This document shows positions 1-12,720 of a DNA stretch of 56,280 nucleotides, piece after piece. Location: the NCBI RefSeq assembly GCF_001194135.2, contig NC_068991.1:340427-396706 (forward strand). The letters run 5' to 3'. Origin of the DNA: Octopus bimaculoides. Lineage: Eukaryota. Position numbers and translations under genes: made by a program. Positions within the stretch are counted from its first letter, which is position 1; each line of letters begins with the position of its first letter. The notes under the pieces were generated by a model, which worked only from the letters and a program-made list of their open reading frames with translations, did no database searches and was not told the origin of the DNA.

Positions 1-8
1 AAAAAGGC

Positions 9-140
9 TTGAAAGGAGAGAAGTAGCAATGGAGCATGGATAATACTTTGGCTTGAAAGGAGAGAAGTAGCAATGGAGCATGGATAATACTTTGGCATGA
101 AAGGAGAGAAGTAGCAATGGAGCATGGATAATACTTTGGC
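9..140. repeat. 44-bp tandem repeat, 3 copies
   Basis: TTGAAAGGAGAGAAGTAGCAATGGAGCATGGATAATACTTTGGC at 9-52 and 53-96; the copy at 97-140 has one mismatch. Confidence 0.97.
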
Positions 141-2959
141 ATAAGAGCAGCACTACTCACAACTTTGGAGATGTTCGAGAAGATGGTCTTCATTTGCAGG
201 AGATCTAGAAATTCCATCTCCAGTCACATCTGTCAGTGGCAACAAAGAAGAGAAGCAAACGAGAATGACCCAAAGATACCACAAGGAATCTCCCCCTCTC
301 AGCTGCACCATCTCAGGTTGTCTCCATTTCCAACTCTTTATATTGGGATAATTGCTCTTTGAGTATTATCACATGCCAAGACAGCTATGTCAATAATAAT
401 TATAATAATAACAGATTCAAATCGACCCCAGTGCTCAACTGGTACTTATTTTATCGACCTCAACAGGATAAAAGGCAAAGTTGTTGTCATCAGGTTTTGA
501 ACTCAGGACATAAAGAAGGATAAAATGCCACTAAGCATTCTGCTGGGAAGCCATTGGTTCTGTCAGCTCACTGCCTAATGATGATGATGATGATGATGAT
601 GATGAGCAGAAGTAGTGGGGGAGCATCATAGCCATGTGTTGAGAGGAATTCTTTGGGGTTTGGATAATTCACCTTTGGAAACATGGGCGTTTCGTTCAAC
701 ATCCTTAAACAAACCTTATTCAGGGACCTTTTGAGCGGAATGGGCTACTGGACCTGAAGAAAATTCTAACTGGGCTCTACCTGCGAGGACATGCGCTGTT
801 TATCTTGATATGAGATCACCATGTCATGCAGATATGGTTGTGATGCATGTGCCTGGTGTACCCTTATCAGACGGGTAGTCATGATGGGTATAATGGACTT
901 TGTATATTTGTACTCCTGTTTCACTTTGATGGCATGCAATGCTCTCTCACTCAATAATAATAATAAGTCCCTTCTGAGCAAAATATTGCCCAAAAAAGAA
1001 GTGGAGAAATTGTTAATATTTAAAGACCTCGAAGTTGAATTGTTCAAGATGTGGAACATGAAGGTGAAAAACACCACCAGTTAATAAAGAGATGATTGGG
1101 AAGGAAAAATAAAAAGAAACACATGAACGAAAATATAGAAGCTATACTTTGATCTTCATCACTACACACTATCCACCCCACCCACCCCAAAAATAGCCAT
1201 GCTAGAAACAGCCCACATTCTAGGCAAGACCCCAGTACAAAGCAAATAAAACAATCCACAAGACAAACTCTATATAACAAATATCTAATAAAATAAACAA
1301 CTGCCACAACATGTACTCTCTACAGGCTGGATACCCAACAGAAGAACACAACTTGCATTACACACACAACACTAATACAACAAAACATTGCAGCCATATT
1401 TAGAACTGATCTTATTAACTTCAAGAATTTCAGTCTAAAAATAATTGTCACCATTGATAATGCAATATTCTAGTGAAGTTAGACATTAGTGATGTATTAC
1501 GTTAGTGAGATATCGCATTTTATTTAATTCAAATAACATTAGATGACTTCTTTAAGTTCAATAATTCACTAAGCTAATAAGGATTAACTCCAGCATGGCC
1601 ATAACCTAATATTCGAAACCAATACAAAATTTCCCTGCCATCAGGCATAAAACATGTATTATTTTTATCATTAGTTTTATTATTAGGGTTAGATAACAAA
1701 GACCCCCAAAGTTATTTATTAGCAACTTAGAGACAAAGTTTCATGTATTTGGGCAAGTTGAGCCCAGTATATAACTGGTTGTATTGATGTCAATTGATTG
1801 CTGAAATTTTCATTGGCACTGGAAGGTTGAAATGTCAAGTTGCTCCATATTTATGTCAAAATAAAATACTGTTTAGTTTGCTTTCGGGAAATAAACTATA
1901 TTTGCTATTAATAGATGAAAAGAAATTGGGGCAACAGGTTTATTTAAAAACTTTGTGATGTCTAGATGTTTATATTTGAGAGACAAAAATGTTAACATCA
2001 CTGAATGAACTTAACAAAAAAAAAAATCACCTCTGTTGTACCAGCTTTCAACACAAAATGGAGAGAGAAAAAGAAAGAAAGGATAAGCTTATATTTTAGA
2101 AAATAAATATTTTTTTTTTATTGGAATTCTTGTGGTTTATTCTGATATTCATTTTAAAGAGAGTTTTGTCTTTCATTGTTTCACTGTGGAACACAAAGGC
2201 ATCATTACCATTTTAGTAAATATTAGAAACAATGTTTCTGTTAGTTTTTCATCTCTTCAGTTGCAGCAGGTATGGCCGTATACTCCCTGGTTCAATCTCA
2301 ATGTAGAGCATTTTGGTTAAGTATCTTTTGCCATAGCCTGAAACTGACACAAGCTTCAGGTGAGAAACTAGCTGAATGAAGACTGTGTGGAAGCCTGTCA
2401 CTGTATTTCTGTTGTTGGGAGGTGAGCTTAATATGTCACTTGGTTTAATGTTTCCGCTTGGCCTTCGGCTAGCTCCAGTGAAATCTCTTCTCTCGTAAGC
2501 AGTGGGGCTAATTTAATATGATGGATTTGCAGCAACCAAGGAGTCGTGTTTTCTGGTACTGTAAAGGTCAGCGGGGTCACTAAAACCAACCTCTTTTTTA
2601 CTAAAGCATTAAAAGAAAAGTCCAGAATCTCATGTCCAGTAAAATGTTAATAGAATTAGTGAGACACAGCAAAGTTGAGAAACTGATGTACGATGACTCA
2701 ATAAACCTCTATGTGGTAGCTCAATCAGCAAGAAATAACAGGTAAATTTCCTTCAGTTTTCAATTAATATTATACTTGGCCATTCTACCAATTCATTGTG
2801 TGACAGGTGTGAGTTACCTGACTAAACACCACCACCACCACCACCACCAACAACAATATCATGTTATAGAGTATGGTGGTGTACCATGTTATGGAGTACA
2901 GTGTACTTATGCAGGTGTCATTTTAGTTGCAGCAGAGCATGTCTGGAACACAGTTGTTG

Positions 2960-3070
2960 GATGAAATCTCAACATACCACAGAGATCAACTGAATCAGAA
3001 ATCATTTTGGGTTCAACAGCAAATGAAAGATTAAATAATCCTGTATCCATGACAATGATGCAAATTATGT
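2960..3070 (-). pseudogene. Possible PLAT C-terminal remnant following the 3620-3867 exon
   Basis: IIVMDTGLFNLSFAVEPKMISDSVDLC loosely resembles V.D......F.V.RW.....D.D. A GTATGT donor-like site is present but I found no clear acceptor. Confidence 0.3.
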
Positions 3071-3619
3071 CTTCACAGATCAATTTCAAGATTTTGTATT
3101 ATTTGTTAAGAGATGTGTTTCAGGTAAAAACAACAATAATTCTATTCATTGCCATTCAATAAAATGTAATAAAACTATTATTTTCCAACTGGCACCAACA
3201 GCTTTGTTGACACTGATTATTACTGGACATTTAAAACAGGGACGGGCAGTGGCCACCACCACTGAATGATTTCCCAGGAGCTAATAATGTGCTTGATCAG
3301 GTTATCCCTATTTCAGTTTAGAATTAAAAAATATTAAAGACCAGCACCAAATATCAATTTCTCTTTTCTCTAGATTTTTAAATGTTGGTTGGCAGCAGAG
3401 AAATATCTACAAATGTGGAAAAAAAAAAAATGCTTTTTTCCCCCTCTCCGGAATTTTGTCTTTCTGGTCTTTTCTCTCTGCCCGTGTTTTACCTGTTGTC
3501 ATCAAACAGTAACCATTCAAAAGTAACATTGTGTCAATCCTTCTGCTGTCTGAGTGACTGTAACGGTCTTTCCTTCAAACTATAACAACAGGAAAAATAA
3601 CAAATAAATAAATAAGTAC

Positions 3620-3867
3620 CTTTTCTAAAGGATAACCAGAGAAAGTGCCAGAGTTCTCATGCCAAATTCTGATTTTGTAGAGAGTTCCAATGTCTGCTGT
3701 GGCTATTTCAAATTTGTAAGTTTGCCCTCCTTTGAAACCTGTCTTTCTGTTGGACAAAAGTATTTCATTTGACTTTCCTTTCAAACCATATACAACAACT
3801 GAAATAGTAGAGTCAGGCCTTGCTCTTGTGGTCTCACTGGTTGACACCCACAAAAACCAACGTTGTT
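3620..3867 (-). pseudogene. PLAT exon with open frame (N-terminal about 80% of a PLAT domain)
   Basis: TTATTTCAG|AA acceptor and AAG|GTACTT donor; 248 nt, phase 1 to phase 0. Reads QRWFLWVSTSETTRARPDSTISVVVYGLKGKSNEILLSNRKTGFKGGQTYKFEIATADIGTLYKIRIWHENSGTFSGYPLEK. The usual GW.L is GYPL. Confidence 0.9.
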
Positions 3868-4029
3868 CTGAAATAAAGTTTAGAAATTTACCAAGTTCTT
3901 ATCAAAATACATGTAAGATTGTATATTTTAGAGTTTTATACATAAGCCCCACACATACAAATATGGAAAAGTGAATGTTATGAGGGCAAGTCAGAAATTA
4001 TATGCACTCTGTAATTTATTAAAAAATAA

Positions 4030-4252
4030 AAACAGGGGTTGAACAATTACATCTTTTTTTCCTTTTTTGACACAGACTCCTTGCTTTTCGATGCTCTTCT
4101 TCCAGTGGTCCATAAACTCGCTTATCCCATTGGAGAAGAATGTTTTCAGCCGGTTACACAGGCGTTTATGCATCACTTCCTGCACTTCTTCCTCATAAAG
4201 GATGTTTGCATAATCCATGGAGATGGTAGTCAGAAGGGGCAACGTCTGGACT
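4030..4252 (-). mobile_element. Mariner transposase C-terminal fragment
   Basis: SPDVAPSDYHL...EEVQEVMHKRL...FFSNGI...HWKKSIEKQG. Confidence 0.8.
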
Positions 4253-4524
4253 GGTGCACCTGTGGACTTCCCTCTCTTCTCCAAGATGAAAATACAGCTC
4301 AAAGGTCTCCGTTTTAACACTGTTGTGGAGAGCACATTACAGAAGGTCCTTAAGTTGCTTATTGAAAAAGACTTCCAGACTGGATTTCAAAAGTGGCAGG
4401 AATGCTGGTATGTAACGCTATGCAAGGGGACTCTTTCAAAGGAGATGAGGTCAAAACTTAGGTAAAATAAGTTATTTTTCTTATTAAACCTGACTATCCA
4501 GCAAGTTTTTGACTCCACCTCATA
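4243..4524 (+). mobile_element. Second, different mariner C-terminal fragment with terminal repeat
   Basis: APVDFPLFSKMKIQLKGLRFN...LQKVLK...DFQTGFQKWQECW; ends in TTTTTGACTCCACCTCATA (TIR-like). Confidence 0.8.
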
Positions 4525-4639
4525 CGTGATGTTGAGGTTTTCATCTGAAACTGAGACACTTGGCCACTGACAACATTGCACAACATCTCTCTCTCTCTCT
4601 CTCTCTCAGTATATATATATATATATATATATATGGAAA

Positions 4640-4858
4640 TGTGCTGTGCGTGAGAAGACCCGGCAAGCCAAGTAAGATCGTTGCCAGTGCCCCTGGACTG
4701 GTTCTTGTGCGGGTGGCACATGAGATGCACCATTTTGAGCGTGGCCGTTGCCAGTACCGCCTGACTGGCTCCTGTAGGATTTTCGAGCGAGATCGTTGCC
4801 AGTGCCCCTGGACTGGCTTGTGCGGGTGGCACATAAAAGACACCATTTCGAGCGTGGC
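4640..4858 (+). mobile_element. RTE-type 3' UTR/SINE tail with an internal direct repeat of about 70 bp
   Basis: GGAAATGTGCTGTGCGTGAGAAGACCCGGCAAGCCAAG matches the end of the 22.9 kb RTE. GATCGTTGCCAGTGCCCCTGGACTGG...GAGCGTGGCC occurs twice; the second copy runs into an N gap. Confidence 0.75.
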
Positions 4859-4972
4859 CNNNNNNNNNNNNNNNNNNNNNNNNNNNNNNNNNNNNNNNNN
4901 NNNNNNNNNNNNNNNNNNNNNNNNNNNNNNNNNNNNNNNNNNNNNNNNNNNNNNNNNNNNNNNGATGATGAT

Positions 4973-5143
4973 GATGTATGTATGTATGTATGTATGTATG
5001 TATGTATGTATGTATGTATGTATGTATGTATGTATGTATGTATGTATGTATGTATGTATGTATGTATGTATGTATGTATTTATGTATGTATGTATGTATG
5101 TATGTATGTATGTATGTATGTATGTATGTATGTATGTATGTAT
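4973..5143. repeat. (TATG)n microsatellite next to an N gap
   Basis: About 170 bp of near-perfect TATG. Confidence 0.97.
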
Positions 5144-6084
5144 ATGAGCCTATACCAGGAGCAGACAAATCATGCGTGTCTGTATGTATGTATAGATAGA
5201 CAGATGGATGGATTGATAGCTAAATAGCTTTATTGAAAACAGATGTCTTTTTATTGTTGGCAATTGTTGTTAGAATAAAGGACAACTCTTCCTACACACA
5301 CACACACACACACACTGAAGTAGGAGATTTATCTTATTTACTCAATACTGTTGTTATTCTGTGCCAAAGAAGAAATGCTGGGTGAGGAATATGAGAAGTG
5401 TAAGAGTGTAAATAATGGTTAAAAGTGCAATGAAAGTGAGAAAAAGAAGTTGAAAAGGTGAGAAAGAGAGTGTAGATGTGTGTGATTAGGGGCAAGTGTG
5501 CCAAAGTGTGGAGGTGGTGGTGGTTGAGTGCGAAAATGAAACAGTATGAGATAGAGAACAACACACACACACACACACACACACAGAGGGAGATTGGTGA
5601 TAAATGTATGTAAATTAAACGAAAAGTTGAAAAATATTTGTAAAAGAGTTAATGGTATAAAAAATTCTTGGAGTGTGTTACTGGGTGGGGTAGCGAGATT
5701 AGGAGGCTCCTAAAAACAGTACCTTTTGGCCTTCAAGTCATGCACACACACGCAAACAAACACACACACACACACACAGCAAAACATAATAAAAAAATAA
5801 CAAAAGTAATAGAGATATTTGTAGTCAGAATCCTCAGTCAGATGCTGAAGGAATATGGAAAGAATCGAAGACATTATGCTATCGTCCTTCTTTAAATACA
5901 AGAGAAACATCCACAAGAAATTGACAAGCAAAGGAAGAGAAAAAAGGAGATAAAAAAAGGGAGGCATCAGGGATTGGTTTATATGATTCACACACACACA
6001 CACACACATCCATATATATATGTGTGTGTGAGTGCCCAGTATTCCTGGGTTAGGGTTAGATAGTGGTGGGGTGGAGTTCTCAGT

Positions 6085-6330
6085 CACCTCCTCCTCAGGG
6101 TCCCTATCAGAAGCAATTGTCATTAGATTTTCTGGCTGGATTCCCAAGCACGACCAACTGAGATGATGGATATTATCCAACCATCTCATTTTTGGTCAAC
6201 CCTTAGGTCTCCTGCCTGAAGGCTTAGCTTGAAGAATCCATCGTGAGATTCTTTCCTGCATCATTCTAATTCCATGTCCATAGTATTGGGACATGTGACC
6301 TCTCAAAGCAGACAAGTAGCAGCTCCACTG
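6085..6330 (-). mobile_element. RTE-clade LINE C-terminal fragment
   Basis: YYGHGIRMMQERISRWILQAKPSGRRPKG*PKMRWLDNIHHLSWSCLGIQPENL..IASDR. Confidence 0.75.
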
Positions 6331-7111
6331 CATATATTTCAATCTCCAATCTGTGCCCCTCCTCTCATACATTAAGCCATCATCCCCTACTACACAGTTG
6401 ACCCCATTTTGCTTGGGGTTTGTAGTCTTGCAAGCTGCATGGCAATGTGAAATAGGGGTGAGGCATGGAAAAAGCACCAAGGACACTGTAAAATGGTTGG
6501 CATCGGGAAGGGTGTCTGTCTGTAGAAACTGTGACAGAGTAAACATCAGAGCATGATGCAGTCCCAGGAGCCATCAGATCAGGTCAAACTGCCCAGTCGA
6601 TGCCAGCAGAGAACGGGGACATTAAATGACTTTTCTTCATCATTATCATCATCATTGAATGTCCCCTTTTCATTCTGACATGGGGCAGTATAGTTGAGCA
6701 AGGAATTGTCAAGTTGCAGAGCTGCTTCAAGCTTCTATGTCATCTTTGGTGTGGCCCCTACAGCTGGATGCCCTTTCTCACACCAAACATTTAACAGAGT
6801 GTACTGGGTGCTTTTTTTCATGTCATGTGAGGTGGCCATGTAACTAAAAAAAGAGAAGAAAAGAAAGGAAAAACTTCCACTACTGACAGAAAGTGGGGGA
6901 GGTGAAGGTAGGGGGCGGCGGCTATATTTCAGGTGCTGAAAGGCATGAAAGGTATGATAGAGTGACAAGTACAGGTGTCTTGCTAGAGGTCTACATGGCT
7001 GAAGAAGTCATGAGAAAGATAAGGATGGGATGTTACAACAAACTCTCAAGGAATCTATGTGTGTTTATGCGTATAACTTATACACATATACATACATATA
7101 CATACATTTAT

Positions 7112-7357
7112 CATTTATTCCGCAGTCTTCAAAATCATTTGGACGGAAAAAATATGAATTCTGTAGACGAGGTCAGAACAGTAGTGGAGGAGTATTTTTC
7201 ATCATGAATTTTGGAAGAGGGGCCTTGCAAGTCTACCAAACGGATGGAAGAACATTGTAGAAAACGAAGGTGGGTATATTTTAGATTAAAAAAGATCTTT
7301 GTTTAGGTTAATTTTGAAAAATAAAGGAAGTATAAAAAAACATTATTTATGGGATGA
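7112..7357 (+). mobile_element. Mariner 3' fragment, near-identical to 18785-19039
   Basis: HLFRSLQNHLDGKNMNSVDEVRTVVEEYFSS plus TIR remnant; 181/182 identity with 18785-18966 by eye. Confidence 0.9.
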
Positions 7358-7364
7358 CCTTGTG

Positions 7365-7409
<45 letters not shown>

Positions 7410-7478
7410 AATGACCTTTATATTTTTGAAGAAATTAATTAGACTGTAAAGATGAAATAAATTAGATGAAAAACTTAC

Positions 7479-7873
7479 TGTTTTCAAGTTTTTTTTCCAC
7501 TGTGTTTCCTTCATCTAAAATCTCTTTGATCAAACCATCTCTTTCATCAGCTGCTAACCACATGTTGCATGGGGAAACTTGCTCAAGACTTGTTAAAGTC
7601 TAATGAATAACCACTTGGTCCAAAGTCAATCTAGAGATAAGCTGGAATTATCATGACTAATTATAATTCTATCAACAAGGGCCACTTTCCTCAAAAGCGA
7701 TATATTGAATAATGTCTGTTTTTATCTCGTTTAAAGTTACTGTTTTTGATCCAGATCTTGCTGTTGCTTGTTTGTATTTTAGTCATTGTCAAAGATAAAC
7801 AGAAATACATTGAAACTAGTGCCAACATGTCTTCTGTTTGTCTTGTAGTGACAACTGGTGGTGAGTGGACAAT
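7479..7873 (-). pseudogene. Complete PLAT exon disrupted by frameshifts and stops
   Basis: CTTCCAG| acceptor and ACA|GTAAGT donor. Pieces across frames: HYKTNRRHVGTSFNVFLFIFDND*, NFKRDK, EVALVDRIIISHDNSSLSLD*, DQVVIH*, PCNMWLAADERDGLIKEILDEGNTVEKKLEN. Ends in phase 1, compatible with the 3867 exon. Confidence 0.9.
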
Positions 7874-7962
7874 CTGGAAGAATAAAAGACATTACTGAGA
7901 AATGGAATCAATAGTTTGGCTTATGAAAGAGCATTTGTTGCGAAGAAAGGAGATTGACAAAC

Positions 7963-8140
7963 CTGGAACTTGGCTTTGTTGTTTTCAATAAACAAGACTT
8001 AGAAAAACTATTCCAGTTCATAAAAGAACAACAAGAATAACAAGCTAATTGTTCGAAAACTATTCCTTTGAGGTCTGAATAACTAAGGTTGGTCGAAACA
8101 CATTGGTAGGAAGGCTGGAGGCAAGAGATTCGTGATGGTT
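7963..8140 (-). pseudogene. Exon remnant, probably the C-terminal half of a PLAT
   Basis: Long pyrimidine tract then TTTCCTTCAG|; CAG|GTTTGT donor; 89-nt intron to the next PLAT exon. The open frame reads EPSRISCLQ...DLKGIVFEQLACYSCCSFMNW, loosely like EP.KI.I....L..I....Y.C.F..W. Its exit phase does not match the next exon. Confidence 0.5.
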
Positions 8141-8467
8141 CTGAAGGAAAGAATAACTTGGAAGAAGGATAATGAAATAAATGCATCTCAGTGAAAAGAA
8201 CAGAGTCTAAAGATAAGTATTCATTATTATGACGAGATATAAAAAGGCAGACATAGTTTCATCTTGTCCCCTTTGTTGCCCCACTTCCCTCCCTTCCCTA
8301 TTTCACCTTTCTCAGCCCTACTCACTATGAATAAATGAAAAGAAGTTAGTCTGTTACATTCATTTTCAGCTATTTTTGACAAACACTGCTTGCTCTCCAC
8401 CACCCATCTTATTGTTTACATAACAAAGCACACCCGGCTAACACAAATATGCTATAGACTCTATTAA

Positions 8468-8501
<34 letters not shown>

Positions 8502-8643
8502 CAGTATTAGTTTGGATGGCTTTGTCTTAGTGTTCGTATAAACACATAAATACACATGCCCCAGCAAGTCTGCACAAAGCTTTTGAATGAAAGAACACAC
8601 ACCTATATGTATGCACCCCCCTGCCATGCACAACCATACACGT

Positions 8644-8699
<56 letters not shown>

Positions 8700-8999
8700 T
8701 TACAGTAACCTGGAAATTTCTCAAATCATTCCTTATAAGTTTCCCTTTTCTGATCTTCCAGAAACATAAGACATGGAGTAAGAGTTAGGGAATTGTTCAC
8801 TTTAGAATAGAATAAAACTCTACAATACATATTGAGCACTCTTTTTATACCTTCTAGTTTTTATAATTACTTGCAGCATAATGTAATAAACACATGTGAG
8901 TATGCAACTGTATTTATTTCAAACACATCAAATTAGAAGCAGTATTATTATTAATTATCAAAATTTTCCATGAAGATTGTGTTCCTATTTATTTACAGT

Positions 9000-9269
9000 T
9001 TAGAAGTAAAGATGATGAATAAAAAAGATGACAAAAAAGATAACGAATAAAATGTGCAATTATCCAGAGTTTCACACTGACTTAACTAAACCTATTGATG
9101 ACAGGAGGTGGAATTTTGTTGAGAGAATTTGCTGCCCTCAAAGACAACAATTATCACAACTGAAGGGTTATTACATTCAAAGATGAAATTCCTGCAGAAT
9201 TGGTCAAGCCAAGTTTATAGCTAGAAGAATACACCACAATGAGATCAAACTTAAAACCATGGGGAATAT
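9000..9269 (-). pseudogene. Possible PLAT N-terminal exon remnant
   Basis: GGCTGTAG| acceptor, then DIPHGFKFDLIVVYSSS..LGLTNSA and in another frame SVVIIVVFEGSK; contains stops. Entry phase matches the 9682 donor. The 3' boundary is approximate. Confidence 0.3.
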
Positions 9270-9681
9270 CTACAGCCAATATTAGATGCAAAAAACCAAA
9301 AACATTTGTACAATGTTTTTCATGAACCAACACTTAAAGGGTCCAATGTATTAATGTAGCAAAACTGACGACACACAAGTTATATAAAGTAGAGAGAAGA
9401 GAGAGAGAAACTGCACACAGAACGTAGAGAGTGTTTATATAATTTCAGAACAATGTATGAGGGAAAGAGTGGTGTAAGAGGAGAGGAGATGGGGTGACAT
9501 CAAGGTTTATAAACAGACACCAGATGGCGCCGTAAATGACTATTTGTTATCAATTTAGGATGTTTTTCGTTGGATTAATAGATGAAAAAAATAGAAACAG
9601 TAAAATCTGTAAAATACATTATCAGTGATGCACAGTGCATACATGCACACAACAACAACAACAACAACACACACATATTAC

Positions 9682-9811
9682 CTTCATCTTTTCTGTCCCC
9701 TTTCAACGGCATAAGAGGTATTGTCCACTCAATGCTGACCAATTCCCTTTCACCATTGACCTTTATCCATGGCAAACACAGCAACTTAATTAAATCTTAT
9801 ATTACATCCAG
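9682..9811 (-). pseudogene. PLAT C-terminal exon remnant
   Basis: CCATTTTAG| acceptor and GAAG|GTAATA donor. IRFN*VAVFAMDK then frameshift to NGERELVSIE, equivalent to F.C..WLA.DK.DG.I.RELV. Confidence 0.6.
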
Positions 9812-12479
9812 CTAAAATGGTGTCATGTACGTCTTTTGTGACAAAATAAAACCCTAAGCATATGTGACCAATGGTAGACTTGATCTATCTTAACCAGAAT
9901 CAGTTTTTTGTTATAGAAAAATCCTTTCAGCTGAGAAAGTTTACATTTATGGAATTAGCTGACCATTATTTATTTTGAGAAAGTGGACAAAAGTGGACAT
10001 AGAGCAATGTCCAGTGTCTAATTCTCCTGATAATGTGCATGCATATATATGCACATACACACAAGGACACAAATGAAAACACACATCCACACATAACAGA
10101 CACACAAACCCATATACATAGAGACAATCAAACATGCACACACAAACACATGCATATATGTGTATACACATGCACACACATGTGCACAAGCAAACAAGCA
10201 AAAAGAATGCAGCTTCAGTACTGGATAGAGTCAACAACTATTGAAGAGGTTGCAAGAAGCAACGAAAATTTTAGAAAAAATAAGTAAATGGGTGGAAATA
10301 GCCAATAAAGCACCTTCCCTACTAACTCTAAGAAAGCAACCTGCCTAGGAAATTGGTTATTTAACCTTGTTGTGGAAAGGAATCATGGGTTTTCTATCTG
10401 TGACCACAAAAAGAGATTAATTTAACTAGTTTCAGTATTTATTACAGCCTCATCAGAAATTGTAAACTTATTTTCTGCCCATAGTATGAATATTATTTGT
10501 AATTGAGAGAAACTCACACAGAACTAAGTTGCCCTGCAAAATGTCTTTAAAAATTAATTGAAATACTGCACTAGGGTTTAAAAATTTTTTTTTTTTAAAC
10601 AAAATTTGAAACTTTTAGAATGCGAGACCAGTGTGTGACCACATTGAGGATTTCACAAAAACTCAGGCTCACAAGACTTAACTTACACTTTAAATTATTT
10701 GACAGAAATCAGTAGTTTGATGTATTAGGAATTCATTGATCAAAGATGCTCCAACTATGACCCTCATGTCTTTTACTCAGACACACAGTGTATCTAGAAG
10801 CTCATTATCTTTGCTTCGTTGCTGTTGTTTAACCTCAAGTCAGTCCAATTCCAGTAGGCCCATGACCAAAGTTGCTCCAACTGTGGCCATCCAATCTGTT
10901 ATTCAGATACAATGTATCTATAACCAGATCATCTAATGTGTCCTTCGTTTTGTAAGATGACAAGGTGTGATTTGATGGAAATTTGACTGCTATTCCCAGC
11001 AAGCTGTATAAAGTATATCTGGTATATATTTCATTGTTATTTACCTCCAATCAGTCATCATTCAGCAGAACTATGATATTCCAACCATGACCATCTTGCA
11101 GAGATTTCGTTATCAACTCACTAGAACATTGAATATTCAGAACTCAGTAAGAATTTCACATCTAAACTATTGGTGAGATGAGATTCTGTTGTGTCTAATT
11201 CCAGTTTTGTCATTGATTGTACAAAAAAATTCACTTTCTATATTAATATCTCATTCCTCACCCTCTTCCTCAATCTGTCTCTCTCTGTCTCTCCTTTCTC
11301 ATCTACATATAAAATCAGGCCCCTATTATGCCAAAAGAATGATTGAACAATCAGTGGTAGATACTTAAATAAAGATTAATTAAAAATTAAGTGATTATAA
11401 GAATAGAGATGGCATGTTCAATGCGAACTTGACACACAAAGACATCAACATATGGAAAGAAAATTGCTTCCATCTTTATTAGTCTAAAAATACTCCCCAT
11501 GAAGGTGGTCTACTGGCTAGAATAACTTGGCATAGGAAGTGAGTGAAGTTTCTTAAATTAATGACTTTGAAAAAGAGAAAAAAACCTGGCTTGAGAAGAG
11601 GAGGGAAAACAATTCGTGTAAAGGTTCTATTTTCTTCCCCAGTCTTGAGTCAACATTTACAAGCAGTGTCTAGCTAGTTGCTGTTGTTATTATTACTATT
11701 ATTATTATTATTATTATTACTATGAAAATTACTATTCAAAACAGAACACTGCCTCAAATAAGCACACAATACGACCGAGCTGAGTCTGCAAAGATTTCCT
11801 CCTTGAAGTATGTACAGCTTGTTATCAACACATGAAATCATAACAGTCATTTATTCGATGTTTGTTTTGTATTTCTCATGGAAGTATGACATAAAATATA
11901 TAAACACTTCTCTAATCAACTAGATTGGTAGGGCATCAGTGATGGCTTCAGTCTCATAGGGGTCTATAGAAAGGGTTACGGCTCTGATTTAATTCATTAA
12001 ATGTCCTGTCTCCCAAACTCAATTGTTTTTTTTTTTTGGCTCCTTAGTGTGTCTTGTCTTTCAGACAACACTGAACATGTCTGACAATTCTTTCACTCCA
12101 CAATACTTACCTCTGGAATTCATTCCTTGGCCATAGTTTTCCTCCTTACATTTGTGAAAAAAATGGCCAAACTAATCATTAACCACATCAAAGTTACCAG
12201 TGTGGGTGCAGTCTTGAGGCTTACCTGCTCCTGTCAACTCATGCCAGCATGGAAAACCAGCCATTAAATGATGATGATGATAGTGCAATTTAAAACTTAA
12301 ATTGCATGACAAATAACCAATATTTAAAACTTCATGTGTATTCCCTTTTGTGTTGTTACGAAAACGTACATAGGATGGTGTAACTAAATATCTTATACAC
12401 AATTTCTCACGTTTTATTTTATTTTGTGTGTGTGCGTGTGTGTGTGTGTGTGTGTATACAATTCTATACAGAAGCATAT

Positions 12480-12720
12480 TTTCAGGTTTCTTTAGGGAAT
12501 AAATGAGGTCATCAGATCAATCTCCAAACTCAAGTCCCTCAAGCAACCAAAGAATGGTGGTGCTAGGACACTACCTCTTTCTCACCATCACTTAACTAGT
12601 CACATGTCAATGTTAAACTTTGGTGCCTTTTGTCCAAAGTAGATTTTTTTCTCTGCAAGTACCTCACTCAAGATATCATTTATCCGTCTAAGTCCCTCAA
12701 CTCTCCTATTTCACAATACT
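12480..12720 (-). mobile_element. Degenerate LINE RT fragment
   Basis: RGSVLAPPFFGCLRDLSLEI resembles QGSVLSPLLF...LS.EF. Confidence 0.4.

Noticed and set aside
9-140. CRISPR-like array
   Set aside because: Repeats are contiguous with no spacers, the context is eukaryotic, and no cas genes are present.
3078-3123. Plus-strand AG...GT mini-exon
   Set aside because: About 45 nt with no recognisable product and no partner exons.
4494-5227. ORFs of YIHT/MYVC repeats, and the similar HT/VC/YI/RE ORFs across the window
   Set aside because: Translations of microsatellites and N gaps; no coding signal.
7963-8140. PAN/Apple-domain reading of CYSCCSFMNW...CLLK
   Set aside because: Cys spacing is incomplete and the flanking exons are PLAT; a decayed PLAT half is more parsimonious.
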